64,000 nt of DNA from Cyanophora paradoxa CCMP329. Lineage: Eukaryota > Plantae > Glaucophyta. Below, piece by piece: positions 1 to 13,700 of the stretch (positions are counted from its first letter, which is position 1; the number at the start of each line of letters is the position of its first letter). The translations under genes were made by a program, and so were the position numbers. The notes beneath the pieces were generated by a model that saw nothing but the letters and a program-made list of their open reading frames with translations, had not been told where the DNA came from and searched no databases. The DNA is taken from contig QPMI01000407.1 in assembly GCA_004431415.1 (NCBI GenBank), forward strand, positions 1-64,000, read 5' to 3'.

Positions 1-147
1 AACCCTAACCCTAACCCTAACCCTAACCCTAACCCTAACCCTAACCCTAACCCTAACCCAACCCTAACCCTAACCCTAACCCTAACCCTAACCCTAACCC
101 TAACCCCTAACCCTAACCCTAACCTAACCCTAACCCTAACCCTAACC

Positions 148-188
<41 letters not shown>

Positions 189-1588
189 CCCTAACCCTAA
201 CCTAACCCTAACCCTAACCCTAACCCTAACCCTAACCCTAACCCTAACCCTAACCCTAACCCTAACCCTAACCCTAACCCTAACCCTAACCCTAACCCTA
301 ACCCTAACCCTAACCCTAACCCTAACCCTAACCCTAACCCTAACCCTAACCCTAACCCTAACCCTAACCCTAACCCTAACCCTAACCCTAACCCTAACCC
401 TAACCCTAACCCTAACCCTAACCCTAACCCTAACCCTAACCCTAACCCTAACCCTAACCCTAACCCTAACCCTAACCCTAACCCTAACCCTAACCCTAAC
501 CCTAACCCTAACCCTAACCCTAACCCTAACCCTAACCCTAACCCTAACCCTAACCCTAACCCTAACCCTAACCCTAACCCTAACCCTAACCCTAACCCTA
601 ACCCTAACCCTAACCCTAACCCTAACCCTAACCCTAACCCTAACCCTAACCCTAACCCTAACCCTAACCCTAACCCTAACCCTAACCCTAACCCTAACCC
701 TAACCCTAACCCTAACCCTAACCCTAACCCTAACCCTAACCCTAACCCTAACCCTAACCCTAACCCTAACCCTAACCCTAACCCTAACCCTAACCCTAAC
801 CCTAACCCTAACCCTAACCCTAACCCTAACCCTAACCCTAACCCTAACCCTAACCCTAACCCTAACCCTAACCCTAACCCTAACCCTAACCCTAACCCTA
901 ACCCTAACCCTAACCCTAACCCTAACCCTAACCCTAACCCTAACCCTAACCCTAACCCTAACCCTAACCCTAACCCTAACCCTAACCCTAACCCTAACCC
1001 TAACCCTAACCCTAACCCTAACCCTAACCCTAACCCTAACCCTAACCCTAACCCTAACCCTAACCCTAACCCTAACCCTAACCCTAACCCTAACCCTAAC
1101 CCTAACCCTAACCCTAACCCTAACCCTAACCCTAACCCTAACCCTAACCCTAACCCTAACCCTAACCCTAACCCTAACCCTAACCCTAACCCTAACCCTA
1201 ACCCTAACCCTAACCCTAACCCTAACCCTAACCCTAACCCTAACCCTAACCCTAACCCTAACCCTAACCCTAACCCTAACCCTAACCCTAACCCTAACCC
1301 TAACCCTAACCCTAACCCTAACCCTAACCCTAACCCTAACCCTAACCCTAACCCTAACCCTAACCCTAACCCTAACCCTAACCCTAACCCTAACCCTAAC
1401 CCTAACCCTAACCCTAACCCTAACCCTAACCCTAACCCTAACCCTAACCCTAACCCTAACCCTAACCCTAACCCTAACCCTAACCCTAACCCTAACCCTA
1501 ACCCTAACCCTAACCCTAACCCTAACCTAACCCTAACCCTAACCCTAACCCTAACCCTAACTACCCTAACCTAACCCTAACCCTAACC

Positions 1589-1629
<41 letters not shown>

Positions 1630-1738
1630 CCCTAACCCTAACCCTAACCCTAACCCTAACCCTAACCCTAACCCTAACCCTAACCCTAACCCTAACCTAA
1701 CCCTAACCCTAACCCTAACCCTAACCCTAACCCTAACC

Positions 1739-1779
<41 letters not shown>

Positions 1780-1810
1780 CCCTAACCCTAACCCTAACCC
1801 TAACCTAACC

Positions 1811-1851
<41 letters not shown>

Positions 1852-1870
1852 CCCTAACCCTAACCCTAAC

Positions 1871-1911
<41 letters not shown>

Positions 1912-2212
1912 CCCTAACCCTAACCCTAACCCTAACCCTAACCCTAACCCTAACCCTAACCCTAACCCTAACCCTAACCCTAACCCTAACCCTAACCCTA
2001 ACCCTAACCCTAACCCTAACCCTAACCCTAACCCTAACCTAACCCTAACCCTAACCCTAACCCTAACCCTAACCCTAACCCTAACCCTAACCCTAACCCT
2101 AACCCTAACCCTAACCCTAACCCTAACCCTAACCCTAACCCTAACCCTAACCCTAACCCTAACCCTAACCCTAACCCTAACCCTAACCCTAACCCTAACC
2201 CTAACCCTAACC

Positions 2213-2253
<41 letters not shown>

Positions 2254-2303
2254 CCCTAACCCTAACCCTAACCCTAACCCTAACCCTAACCCTAACCCTA
2301 ACC

Positions 2304-2344
<41 letters not shown>

Positions 2345-3829
2345 CCCTAACCCTAACCCTAACCCTAACCCTAACCCTAACCCTAACCCTAACCCTAACC
2401 CTAACCCTAACCCTAACCTAACCCTAACCCTAACCCTAACCCTAACCCTAACCCTAACCCTAACCCTAACCCTAACCCTAACCCTAACCCTAACCCTAAC
2501 CCTAACCCTAACCCTAACCCTAACCCTAACCTAACCCTAACCCTAACCCTAACCCTAACCCTAACACCTAACCCTAACCCTAACCCTAACCCTAACCCTA
2601 ACCCTAACCCTAACCCTAACCCTAACCCTAACCCTAACCCTAACCCTAACCCTAACCCTAACCCTAACCCTAACCCTAACCCTAACCCTAACCCTAACCC
2701 TAACCCTAACCCTAACCCTAACCCTAACCCTAACCCTAACCCTAACCCTAACCCTAACCCTAACCCTAACCCTAACCCTAACCCTAACCTAACCCTAACC
2801 CTAACCCTAACCCTAACCCTAACCCTAACCCTAACCCTAACCCTAACCCTAACCTAACCCTAACCCTAACCCTAACCCTAACCCTAACCCTAACCCTAAC
2901 CCTAACCCTAACCTAACCCTAACCCTCTAACCCTAACCCTAACCCTAACCCTAACCCTAACCTAACCCTAACCCTAACCCTAACCCTAACCCTAACCTAA
3001 CCCTAACCCTAACCCTAACCCTAACCCTAACCCTAACCCTAACCCTAACCCTAACCCTAACCCTAACCCTAACCCTAACCCTAACCCTAACCCTAACACT
3101 AACCCTAACCCTAACCCTAACCCTAACCCTAACCCTAACCCTAACCCTAACCCTAACCCTAACCCTAACCCTAACCCTAACCCTAACCCTAACCCTAACC
3201 CTAACCCTAACCCTAACCCTAACCCTAACCCTAACCCTAACCCTAACCCTAACCCTAACCCCTAACCCTAACCCTAACCCTAACCCTAACCCTAACCCTA
3301 ACCCTAACCCTAACCCTAACCCTAACCCTAACCTAACCCTAACCCTAACCCTAACCCTAACCCTAACCCTAACCCTAACCCTAACCCTAACCCTAACCCT
3401 AACCCTAACCCTAACCCTAACCCTAACCCTAACCCTAACCCTAACCCTAACCCTAACCCTAACCCTAACCCTAACCCTAACCCTAACCCTAACCCTAACC
3501 CTAACCCTAACCCTAACCCTAACCCTAACCCTAACCCTAAACCTAACCCTAACCCTAACCCTAACCCTAACCCTAACCCTAACCCTAACCCTAACCCTAA
3601 CCCTAACCCTAACCCTAACCCTAACCCTAACCCTAACCCTAACCCTAACCCTAACCCTAACCCTAACCCTAACCCTAACCCTAACCCTAACCTAACCCTA
3701 ACCCTAACCCTAACCCTAACCCTAACCCTAACCCTAACCCTAACCCTAACCCTAACCCTAACCCTAACCCTAACCCTAACCCTAACCCTAACCCTAACCC
3801 TAACCCTAACCCTAACCCTAACCCTAACC

Positions 3830-3870
<41 letters not shown>

Positions 3871-3884
3871 CCCTAACCCTAACC

Positions 3885-3925
<41 letters not shown>

Positions 3926-3945
3926 CCCTAACCCTAACCCTAACC

Positions 3946-3986
<41 letters not shown>

Positions 3987-4456
3987 CCCTAACCCTAACC
4001 CTAACCCTAACCCTAACCCTAACCCTAACCCTAACCCTAACCCTAACCCTAACCCTAACCCTAACCCTAACCCTAACCCTAACCCTAACCCTAACCCTAA
4101 CCCTAACCCTAACCCTAACCCTAACCCTAACCCTAACCCTAACCCTAACCCTAACCCTAACCCTAACCCTAACCCTAACCCTAACCCTAAACCTAACCCT
4201 AACCCTAACCCTAACCCTAACCCTAACCCTAACCCTAACCCTAACCCTAACCCTAACCCTAACCCTAACCCTAACCCTAACCCTAACCCTAACCCTAACC
4301 CTAACCCTAACCCTAACCCTAACCCTAACCCTAACCCTAACCCTAACCCTAAACCTAACCCTAACCCTAACCCTAACCCTAACCCTAACCCTAACCCTAA
4401 CCCTAACCCTAACCCTAACCCTAACCCTAACCCTAACCCTAACCCTAACCCTAACC

Positions 4457-4497
<41 letters not shown>

Positions 4498-4812
4498 CCC
4501 TAACCCTAACCCTAACCCTAACCCTAACCCTAACCCTAACCCTACCCCTAACCCTAACCCTAACCCTAACCCTAACCCTAACCCTAACCCTAACCCTAAC
4601 CCTAACCCTAACCCTAACCCTAACCCTAACCCTAACCCTAACCCTAACCCTAACCCTAACCCTAACCCTAACCCTAACCCTAACCCTAACCCTAACCTAC
4701 CTAACCCTAACCCTAACCCTAACCCTAACCCTAACCTACCCTAACCCTAACCCTAACCCTAACCCTAACCCTAACCCTAACCCTAACCCTAACCCTAACC
4801 CTAACCCTAACC

Positions 4813-4853
<41 letters not shown>

Positions 4854-5661
4854 CCCTAACCCTAACCCTAACCCTAACCCTAACCCTAACCCTAACCCTA
4901 ACCCTAACCCTAACCCTAACCCTAACCCTAACCCTAACCCTAACCCTAACCCTAACCCTAACCCTAACCCTAACCCTAACCCTAACCCTAACCCTAACCC
5001 TAACCCTAACCCTAACCCTAACCCTAACCCTAACCCTAACCCTAACCCTAACCCTAACCCTAACCCTAACCCTAACCCTAACCCTAACCCTAACCCTACC
5101 CCTAACCCTAACCCTAACCCTAACCCTAACCCTAACCCTAACCCTAACCCTAACCCAACTAACCCTAACCCTAACCCTAACCCTAACCCTAACCCTAACC
5201 CTAACCCTAACCACCTAACCCTAACCCTAACCCTAACCCTAACCCTAACCCTAACCCTAACCCTAACCCTAACCCTAACCCTAACCCTAACCCTAACCCT
5301 AACCTAACCCTAACCCTAACCTAACCCTAACCCTAACCCTAACCCTAACCCTAACCCTAACCCTAACCCTAACCCTAACCCTAACCCTAACCCTAACCCT
5401 AACCCTAACCCTAACCCTAACCCTAACCCTAACCCTAACCCTAACCCTAACCCTAACCCTAACCCTAACCCTAACCCTAACCCTAACCCTAACCCTAACC
5501 CTAACCCTAACCCTAACCCTAACCCTAACCCTAACCCTAACCCTAACCCTAACCCTAACCCTAACCCTAACCCTAACCCTAACCCTAACCCTAACCCTAA
5601 CCCTAACCCTAACCCTAACCCTAACCCTAACCCTAACCCAAACCCTAACCCTAAACCCTAA
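1..5661. repeat. Telomeric array (CCCTAA)n = TTAGGG-type chromosome end
   Basis: Continuous CCCTAA repeats from base 1 with sporadic single-base variants; C-rich strand on +, as expected for a left chromosome end. Confidence 0.99.
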
Positions 5662-5937
5662 GGGTTGTGTGCACACGTACAATTGCAGCACTTCTTACCC
5701 TTCTAGGGCCTACATGTCGTGCAGGCCGTGCATGTCACCGGGGGCCAGGAAGGGCCCGGCTGGCCAGTTCGCTGGTGGGCTGGGCCCGCAGCCGCGGCGG
5801 CTGCAGTGTAAGTGTACATCCCACACTTGTAGCCCGGACTTGCGTTTTTAGTCACGATCAATTGCGGTCATGATCAAGAAATCTCGGGAAAAGGCTGGAT
5901 CTGCCAGCGTCTTGAAAAGGAGGATCTTGAAGGCTAT

Positions 5938-6660
5938 ATGTCCCCTCCTGACAACGGCTCAGACTCCTCTGACCTTTCCGACCTTGGCCCTGATGATCCT
6001 GATGATTCCTCCAGTAGTACCTCATCCGATGATGATGACGACCCCCCTGGGGGACCCGACCCTGCCCCTGACCCTGGTCCTGTGGCTCACTCACCCCCTC
6101 ACCCGTTGCCACCTCACCCGCCTCCGGATATTGACTCAGAGGATGAGCCGCCTCTTCAACGCCGTCGTGTTGGTGCTTCAGCATTCGGTCTTGATGCTGT
6201 TATCAATGATACAGGTTCACCTCCGCCCTCTCCTCAAGTTATCATCTATGTGGATGACACTGAGCTTGCCCCTGATATGCTGCCGATCTCTCCTATCCGA
6301 ATTGACGCTGTTGATGTTGAGCCCGGCTTCCCGAGTCATGCTGTCATTGCTTCCCTCGCTCATTCCTCTTCTGCCCCTCTGCCTTCTTCTGCGCCTATGA
6401 TGCCCATGGATACTGATCCTCTTTCTCCTTCTATTGTCCCGCCTCAGCGTCGTCGAGTGTCTTCTCCAGACCCTGGTGCTCTGGATCATGGTGACAACGT
6501 TCCTGCAGCTGGTGTCCTACCTCAGGTTTCTTTCAAACGTTTTCGGCCCTCACCTCCTCCCGCTCTCCCATCCGCCGCATCTATGGATCTCGCTGATGAC
6601 CCAGGTTCCCCAATGGTCCTTATCACTGACGAAGAGTCTGATGACATGACTGATGGCTGA
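5938..6660 (+). CDS. Acidic/Pro/Ser-rich hypothetical protein with SUMO-interacting-like motifs (subtelomeric cassette ORF)
   Basis: Intronless 240-aa ORF; the frame stays open back to about 5833. Motifs SPQVIIYVDD and SPMVLITDEESDD resemble the ORF at 26792-27793. Confidence 0.5.
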   Translation: MSPPDNGSDSSDLSDLGPDDPDDSSSSTSSDDDDDPPGGPDPAPDPGPVAHSPPHPLPPHPPPDIDSEDEPPLQRRRVGASAFGLDAVINDTGSPPPSPQVIIYVDDTELAPDMLPISPIRIDAVDVEPGFPSHAVIASLAHSSSAPLPSSAPMMPMDTDPLSPSIVPPQRRRVSSPDPGALDHGDNVPAAGVLPQVSFKRFRPSPPPALPSAASMDLADDPGSPMVLITDEESDDMTDG

Positions 6661-6834
6661 AGGTTTCTTACGTGAGGTCGTGACCAGGACTCCCCCAGGC
6701 CGGCATTAGGAAGAGGCCCGCATTGGGATGTCTGTGGTTGCTTTCCGTGTCTGCGTGTATGAGCGCCGGACCGCCGGGGCATACACGGTAGACCGTAAGG
6801 CGTTTGCGCCGCCACTACCCTTGTCTGGTTGGTT

Positions 6835-7408
6835 CACTGTCGATTGTGCTTTGGGCCTTCGGGTCCTTCGCCTTTCGTCAAAACCGCACAACCGGCTTGG
6901 GCGTGTCTTATACATACTCTTCTTCTTCTTGGATCTGCCAGCTGCAGGCTGGCCCGTGGAATACGCATGAGCCTGAGCCAGTGCGAGCTAACGCTCCTGG
7001 AGTCCAGCTTAAGCTTGCATTTCAGACACGACCCATTACATTTGGACGAGCTGTTCTGACTAGCTAGCGCTGTGCCACAGTGCTCGGGGTCTTTGAATTG
7101 GGTCGTTTCGCCTTTCGACATTCCCTTTGCACTGTCGATTGTGCTTCGGGCCTTCGGGTCCTTCGCCTTTCGTCAAAACCGCACAACCGGCTTGGGCGTG
7201 TCTTATACATACTCTTCTTCTTCTTCTTCCCTTTGTGCCTTAGGCCTTCGGGTGCTTCGGGCCTTTGGGTCCTTCGCCTTTCGTCAAAACCGCACAACCG
7301 GCTTGGGCGTGTCTTATTCATACTCTTCTTCTTCTTCGGGTCCTTTGCCTTTCGTCAAAACCGCACAACTGGCTTGGGCGTGTCTTATACATACTCTTCT
7401 TCTTCTTC
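6835..7408 (+). repeat. Four copies of a ~80 bp subtelomeric repeat
   Basis: gggccttcgggtccttcgcctttcgtcaaaaccgcacaaccggcttgggcgtgtcttatacatactcttcttc occurs at about 6852, 7148, 7259 and 7336; the last copy is partial. Confidence 0.92.
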
Positions 7409-7412
7409 TACA

Positions 7413-7465
7413 TTTAGGGTTGCAGACCCTAAAATACAAACACAAACCCTAACCCCAAACCTTAA
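7413..7465. repeat. Interstitial degenerate telomeric sequence
   Basis: tttagggt-tgcag-accctaaa hairpin followed by aaaccctaaccccaaaccttaa. Confidence 0.7.
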
Positions 7466-7660
7466 GGGGGTGGGGTAGGCTGTATTCCTCTCCCTTAGCG
7501 GCCCTCAGTGGCGGCGAGGGGGCGAGCCCTCGGGCAAGGCCCGCGGCTGCACGCTTGGCCCGGTAGAGCAACAGAAGGCTTAGAATTCGAGGGGGGGATT
7601 TCGACCCCTCGGTTTCAACTTCGATCTCGACGTCGAGTTGCCTATCTGAGAGAGCCCGTG

Positions 7661-7736
7661 GATTGCTCAGCGAACACTGCTAGTCCGAACAGCTACTGGT
7701 CTAGTCCAGATATCGTGTGAGTTGTATCTGAAATGC
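7661..7736 (-). repeat. ~70 bp double-hairpin gene-3' element, copy A (after CFAP43)
   Basis: Aligns with 33910-33984 in the same orientation and with 47041-47109 and 52226-52294 in reverse complement. Confidence 0.85.
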
Positions 7737-7783
7737 CTGACACAGCAAGGATGCCTGAACAGAACAGCAGAATAGTGACGCAA

Positions 7784-10700
7784 TTATGCAGTAGCAAAAG
7801 AGGGGAATGTTCCTGCGATGGGGAAATGAAAAATTAACACGAAGCTGAGCAAATGAGGCACAGAAACCCTCTCTCACGTTGTCTCAAAGCATCCAGCTGC
7901 TCTCGCAAGAGCTCAATCTCGTCGGATTGTGCGTGTGCAATCTCAAGGAGTTTTCGTCTGTGCTGTGATGAGTACAGGGATGTGCAAAAGATAAACTACG
8001 GATGGACACACCGTGTAACCATGGCCTTATAACGTTTCTCTGCAACGTTTTGCGTCTCCGGCTTCACTGCTGTGAAAACGAAAAGAATCCGTTCGGAAAA
8101 GAGAGTGATAACAATGATAAAATCAAATAATATTTACCAAGGGCATGGATGTGTTGCCGTTCAACCACATTCAGCTCCATAATGTGCATGCGCTCTTCCA
8201 ATGAAGAGTTTTCATAGGTTTTGTCCTGGGACTGCCTGTCTAGCTTGGCCACGTAAGTCTTTTTGTCCTTGACATGCTCCTCATGCAGCTGAAAGAAGAT
8301 GCAACACATTAGCAGGTAGTATTCTGAAATCTTGCCGACACACCTTGGCTCCATGCTTGAGGCGGTTTTCAAGCTGAGCAACTTCTTGTGCCTGCTTGGC
8401 TTGGTCTCCCCCACCTTTGATCAACTCTTGGAGGTTCTTGGTTACTCTAAGCAACTGGAATTCTCTGGTCTTGTTCACCCAGTCTTCGGCCTCCATGTCG
8501 AGTCGCTTGTTCTCCCACTCAAGCTGGTGGATTCCCTTGCGGAAATCCTTGATTTCCTTCAGAATGGTCACTTTTTCCTTCCCCAGTTGCCGGATGATGT
8601 TGTTGAGATCCACCACTACAGAGCGCTGCACAAGAACACCATCTGCATAATCTGTCACAACCGCTGCCTGTTCCACCTCCACCTATATCGAACATTCAGT
8701 GCTGGAAGCAAGATTCACATGGCATGGACTGCGCACTTGGCCTTGTTTTAGCTTGCATAGAAGCTCTAAATCGATTGCCTCTCTTGCACGTTCCTCCTGC
8801 AGATCCCGCAACTGCTGAAGAGCCTGCTCATGACTATCACGCACTCGTTCATCGTCCTCACTCAGGAAAAATAAGCGCTGTTGCATCTCTGCAATGGTCA
8901 CACTTCTCCTCTTGATTTCCACCTCTGTCTCAATCTTCTTCTCACGGTATGCAACGACGTGTGACCAGACATCATCAGAGACGTTTGCTGGCCGGTCTTT
9001 GGCCTCAAGAGGATCGGGAAGACTATCCTGTACAGTAGGTCATAAGCTCACATGCACCAACTGCAGTTTTGTGGAAAAGGCACCATGACACTTGCTGCAT
9101 CATAAGCATCGCTTGCATCTTGGCTGGAAGTCACTCCTCCTGCATGTGTGCGGCTGGATTGAAGTGGCTTTCTGTGGGTTGTTTTGCTGTTTTCCACAGA
9201 ACCACGATGAGATGACAACGGGGCATTTGAAGCTGCATCCTTGCCCCTCGTGGAATGACCAACATGCCCTTTAGCGTGACGCTTGCGGAATATCCGAAAT
9301 AGCTCCCCGGCAGTCTGCTCATCGACCTCGGGGGGCAAGTCCTGAAAAGCAAGCCATCTAAGGAAGCATAAAAAAAAAGCAAGCGGAAATGCACATACTC
9401 GCTTGAAATTTCTATCGAAAGCCTTGTCTTCTTGGATGAGGGCCTCTAAACCAGCTCGGCACTCATCATAAGCCCTCTATCCAGTGCGTCATGCAAGAAA
9501 AGGGCCAATTAAAAAAAGAACAATCAACCTTGAAGTCTGATACAGCAGATGCAGTTCTCATGCGGTTCTTGCCCAACTCTTCCACAAGTTCGACGAGTTT
9601 TCGCTCCTATGATGCCCACATGACAACAGAACACCAAGAACCGAATTTTGCGCACCTGGATCTCATCCTCTTCATCTTGCAAGAGTGCCATACTAAGCTT
9701 GATAATGAAAAGCTCATTTTGAAAAATTGACTGATCAACCTGTTGAACACAATAAGAATTGGTTGACCTGTTCAGTTCAAAAATTCAAGTTCTTTGATGA
9801 CAAAGCACATACCGAAATCCGGAGCTCGAAGAGCTGCTGGACCGCTTCATCAAACTTGGCACACTGCTCTGTGACCTCCTGCTTGCATTTCTTCAACTCC
9901 GCTTCCAGTGTTTTCTTTGCTTTTTCTCTTTCCTCCTGCACATTGTAGCAACGCACACTGCTTAGCAGTGGAACTGAATGCGAACAACATTCCAACACAG
10001 CACGGACACGAAGTGCCTTGTCTTTAGCTTCGTACTCCTTTGCCTCCTTCTGCTGTTCCTCTGTCCAATCTTCTGCAGGAACGTCATCCTGAAGCGATGT
10101 CAGTATGAATATGAAGATTCCAGGCTTGGTGTACCATGAAAGAAGGTCGGATAATGTCCTCAATCGCCGAAGTCTCCTTCCTGCAAACAATAAGGTCCAT
10201 GAAATTTCTTTTGGAAAAATTCGTACGTTGGAGCATTCAGAGTGCCCTGCTGTTCTCGTGAGACAAGTGTAGAGCTACTGGCAAACAATGGCAAACAACA
10301 GAACCGCACCCCCATCATCTCGTTCAAAGCACGTAGCGCAAAATCATCACCAGCCTCCATCTTGGCCCTCTCAGCCGCCCTCTGCCTTTCCAGTTCTATC
10401 CGCCTCTGCTCCTCCTCGGACAAGACTTTCTCAACATGGACCTCAGCATCTGAGACAACCAGCGTTCTGTGGGGCTCTTCTGCCTCCGAAAGGTTGGGCA
10501 GGAAAATATCATCCTTGTACTGCGACGCAATGTTTAGACCATACTTATTCCCCCAACCAAGAAATAGATCGCACGCACAGAATCAAGATCGTGATTTACA
10601 GGGTCCAACTTCCGGATCTCATCAATGATTGAACGCATCCGCTCTGCTTTCTCATGCACTTTCTCTGCAAATCACATGAGACTAAGAGGGCAACCCCACC

Positions 10701-13700
10701 AATTTAAATTGCTTACCGATTTCCAGGCGTTTCCTGGCAAGTAAGTCCTCGCAACGTTGATTGAACCGGGTCTAACACCCACGTCAGCAAATTCTGAGCT
10801 CTAGATGATAGATACAAAAGTGTACCTTCAAAGACTGGATCATGGCTTGCAACACGTAAATCTGTGTGCGCTTCTGACCGCTGGATTGCAGGGCTGCATC
10901 TGCAAGCCATGCAGGGCCTTCAACCATGTCCACCTTGGGAGCAGCACTCGAGTCTCCACTCTCCTCTTTGTCTTCCGCATCAGGTCTTCCATTGGGATCT
11001 TGTGATATCCCATTTCCTTGCTGTTGGCTCTGTGGCTGGCTCCCTGTTGACGTAGGTGATGGTGGGCAGAGGACTCGACTAATCCTGCTAGCAAACTCGG
11101 TAATAGACTCCCGCTCCTTTGTTGAGGTTAGATCATCTGTATCTGGATATGCAAAACAATCCAGATATCGCATACCTTCAAAAGGTCTCCGTCGCACAAT
11201 TCAGACAACAGTAATTGGTCAACAGATGCTTGAAGGCCTGCTTCTGAGGCACTTAAATGTCGCATTGGGTAATTGTTGACTTCCGTCGCCCCTAGCAGAG
11301 AGCAGACGCTCATCCCTTGCACAGCCATGGAATCCCAGCACTCTTGTTTTATTCTTGACCAGATTAAGTCACGCGCAAGATCTTCAAGCTTGATTGCCTC
11401 CCTTGTTTGGATAACTTGCTCCTCAGCTTCTTTGATTCTGCGCTCTCTCTCCTCAATGTCTACGATGAATTCTTGCCTGCGAAGCTTCTCAAGCTCGGGT
11501 GCAGCATTGTTCGCCGAGAGCCTGCGCAAGATCATTTACAGACACACGAGCTGTGATAGAGCAGCACGTACGCCGCCAGAAGTTTCTGTCTGAGCTTCCG
11601 AACTGCATTCCGTGCTTTGTTGCGTGCCGTCTATGCTAAATTAGAAACCATCCATGAAGCAATGAAGGAACAAGCTCACCGTGTAGATGGCGTCTTCAAC
11701 CTCGCGCTGATTCTTGAGTTCGCCCTCAAGAAAAGTAAGCTCCTGCTCTTCTTGCTCATCATCTTTGATAACAGGTCGTTCGAAGTTGTTTGGCCATGAA
11801 ATCGTGGCCAGTGCCTGCTCCCGAAGCAGGCTGGGAGGGACCTCGTAACAGAAGAGAGAGCCATCTGTTCCACAGGAGACAAGGAAGCGCTCATCTGGAG
11901 TCGCGATGATAGAAGAAATCTGAGAACCGTGCATTTGACACCTTGGGTAGGCAAGAGTGCAGGACTCAAAGCTACCTGCCCCATCAGCGGATCATGTGAC
12001 CGGCAGGAGAATTTCCGCTCTGCTGGGTGATCCCTGTGACGTAGTATTGCTTGCCCATCCGCACCAGCACTAGCAATGAGGCGACTCTTCCTGCAGGACA
12101 CAACGACTCCACCACCCTTCTCGTGGACCGTGTGCTGAGAAAGGTATCAGAACATCACAACAGGCGAACCAAATAATCACAACGGCTCAAACCTCGCGCA
12201 GAGAAGCATGCACAGCAGTAGATGAAACATTCAACCTATTCTTAAAATCAAAAAGAAAGACAACGTCTAAAAAGTTACACACACACACCCAGTAATGAAC
12301 GGATCATCTGCTGCAGCGACACCTGTCGTACTGGGCTCATCCGGGACCATCCTTGCCAACTCAGGGTCGAACTCTGGTATGTCGATCTCTCGCAGCATCT
12401 TGTCAGATCCCAACGAAAATAGACTTCCCGGGCTCCAAGAATCAGATCTAATGGCGAACTTAGCTCAAAATATGCCACAGGTGTTCTCATCTTATTCTCA
12501 CCCAGGACACCAGCTTAATGAGTGCACAGGTTTCGGAATAATCAACCTGCGCCGCTGGAAGGAAGTTGGCGCTTTTGCAAAATGTATAGCAGAGTAGGCA
12601 GACCGGGGCAACGTGCTGTGGCAAACAGAATTTCCCTTGGGGATCATGGGAGAGACTGGGTGCTTGCACTTCGATGAGTTCGCCTTCCAAAGTAGCTATG
12701 TAGATGACAGGAGGTCTTAGATCTTCGAATGCAACCCACTGCATGCTGCTGATTGTGCCTGAAACAGGAACATAACCAAGTGGCCTGCAGCGGTGACCAT
12801 CTTGGACTTCAAGGAAGAATACCTGCCGATGAGAATTAAAGAAATTCCGAAGCAGCTTCGACTTCCTTTCTGCCGCACCATTTCGTCATTGGAGCCAGTA
12901 ACAAGATATATGCCATCGTTGCTGAAGCAGAGCTGTCGAAGAGGGGCTTTGTGGAGTTTGATGCGGAAAAGCAAATGTGGCTTCCCGACATCGGAAACAT
13001 CCAAGATGCGGAGCACGCCACTTCGGGAGCCAAGCGCTACTGTAGGACATGCGGGGTGTGCTTGTATGCTGAGGAGTGATCCAGGGAAGCTTGTACACGA
13101 AACTCGGCTGTCACCAGGTTTACTAGAGAGCTTGAAGATCTGTAAACTGCCATCCTCTGCAGCAGAAGCAATGTGTTGTGATGTATGAAGAGCTGCGATG
13201 ACATTTGATGTTGTTCCGTAGGGTGGCATGATACATTCAATCTTTGTGAAAATGGACGAAGGCGTCGATGTGCCCGGCCCTGGAATATTGCCCTGAACAT
13301 GCAGAATGTAACTCGCTCCACTTGCTGTACCAAACATGAAACTCTTGAAGTCCGGAGATAGTGACCCGTGGACAACAGCAGCCTGGCTCAGGCTCAGCGG
13401 TGTGCAGATTCAGGCAATCATTCCAAAGAGCGAACCGCGTCTGGAGACATACCGCTGCCACATATAACGACAGTGCCAAGAGGAGTAACCTCTACCCACT
13501 TGATTGACCCATCCTGTCAAACGGGAGCCTCAGGGTGGAAAATACAAAGAGCATGTTATCGTTTTCCAACCTGGCATCCCACAACCACGTTTTCGCTTGT
13601 ACATACGAGAGATGTTATAGTAGAAGCCGAGATGGGCTCGTGAGCTCGCAATGGAATTAAGGAATCTCTTCCAGATTGGTAGAGTGCAAGGTGACCACCT

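Noticed and set aside
1-5661. Variant telomere units (CCTAA, CCCTAAA) as a higher-order pattern
   Set aside because: Irregular single-base indels in homopolymers with no periodicity; compatible with read error or telomerase slippage.
4831-5691. Poly-(VR) ORFs
   Set aside because: Translation of the TTAGGG array, not genes.
6835-7408. CRISPR array or hammerhead ribozyme in the 80 bp repeats
   Set aside because: Eukaryotic context, no regular unique spacers and no cas genes. The reverse strand has only TTGACGA..CGAAG, not the CUGANGA/GAAA core.
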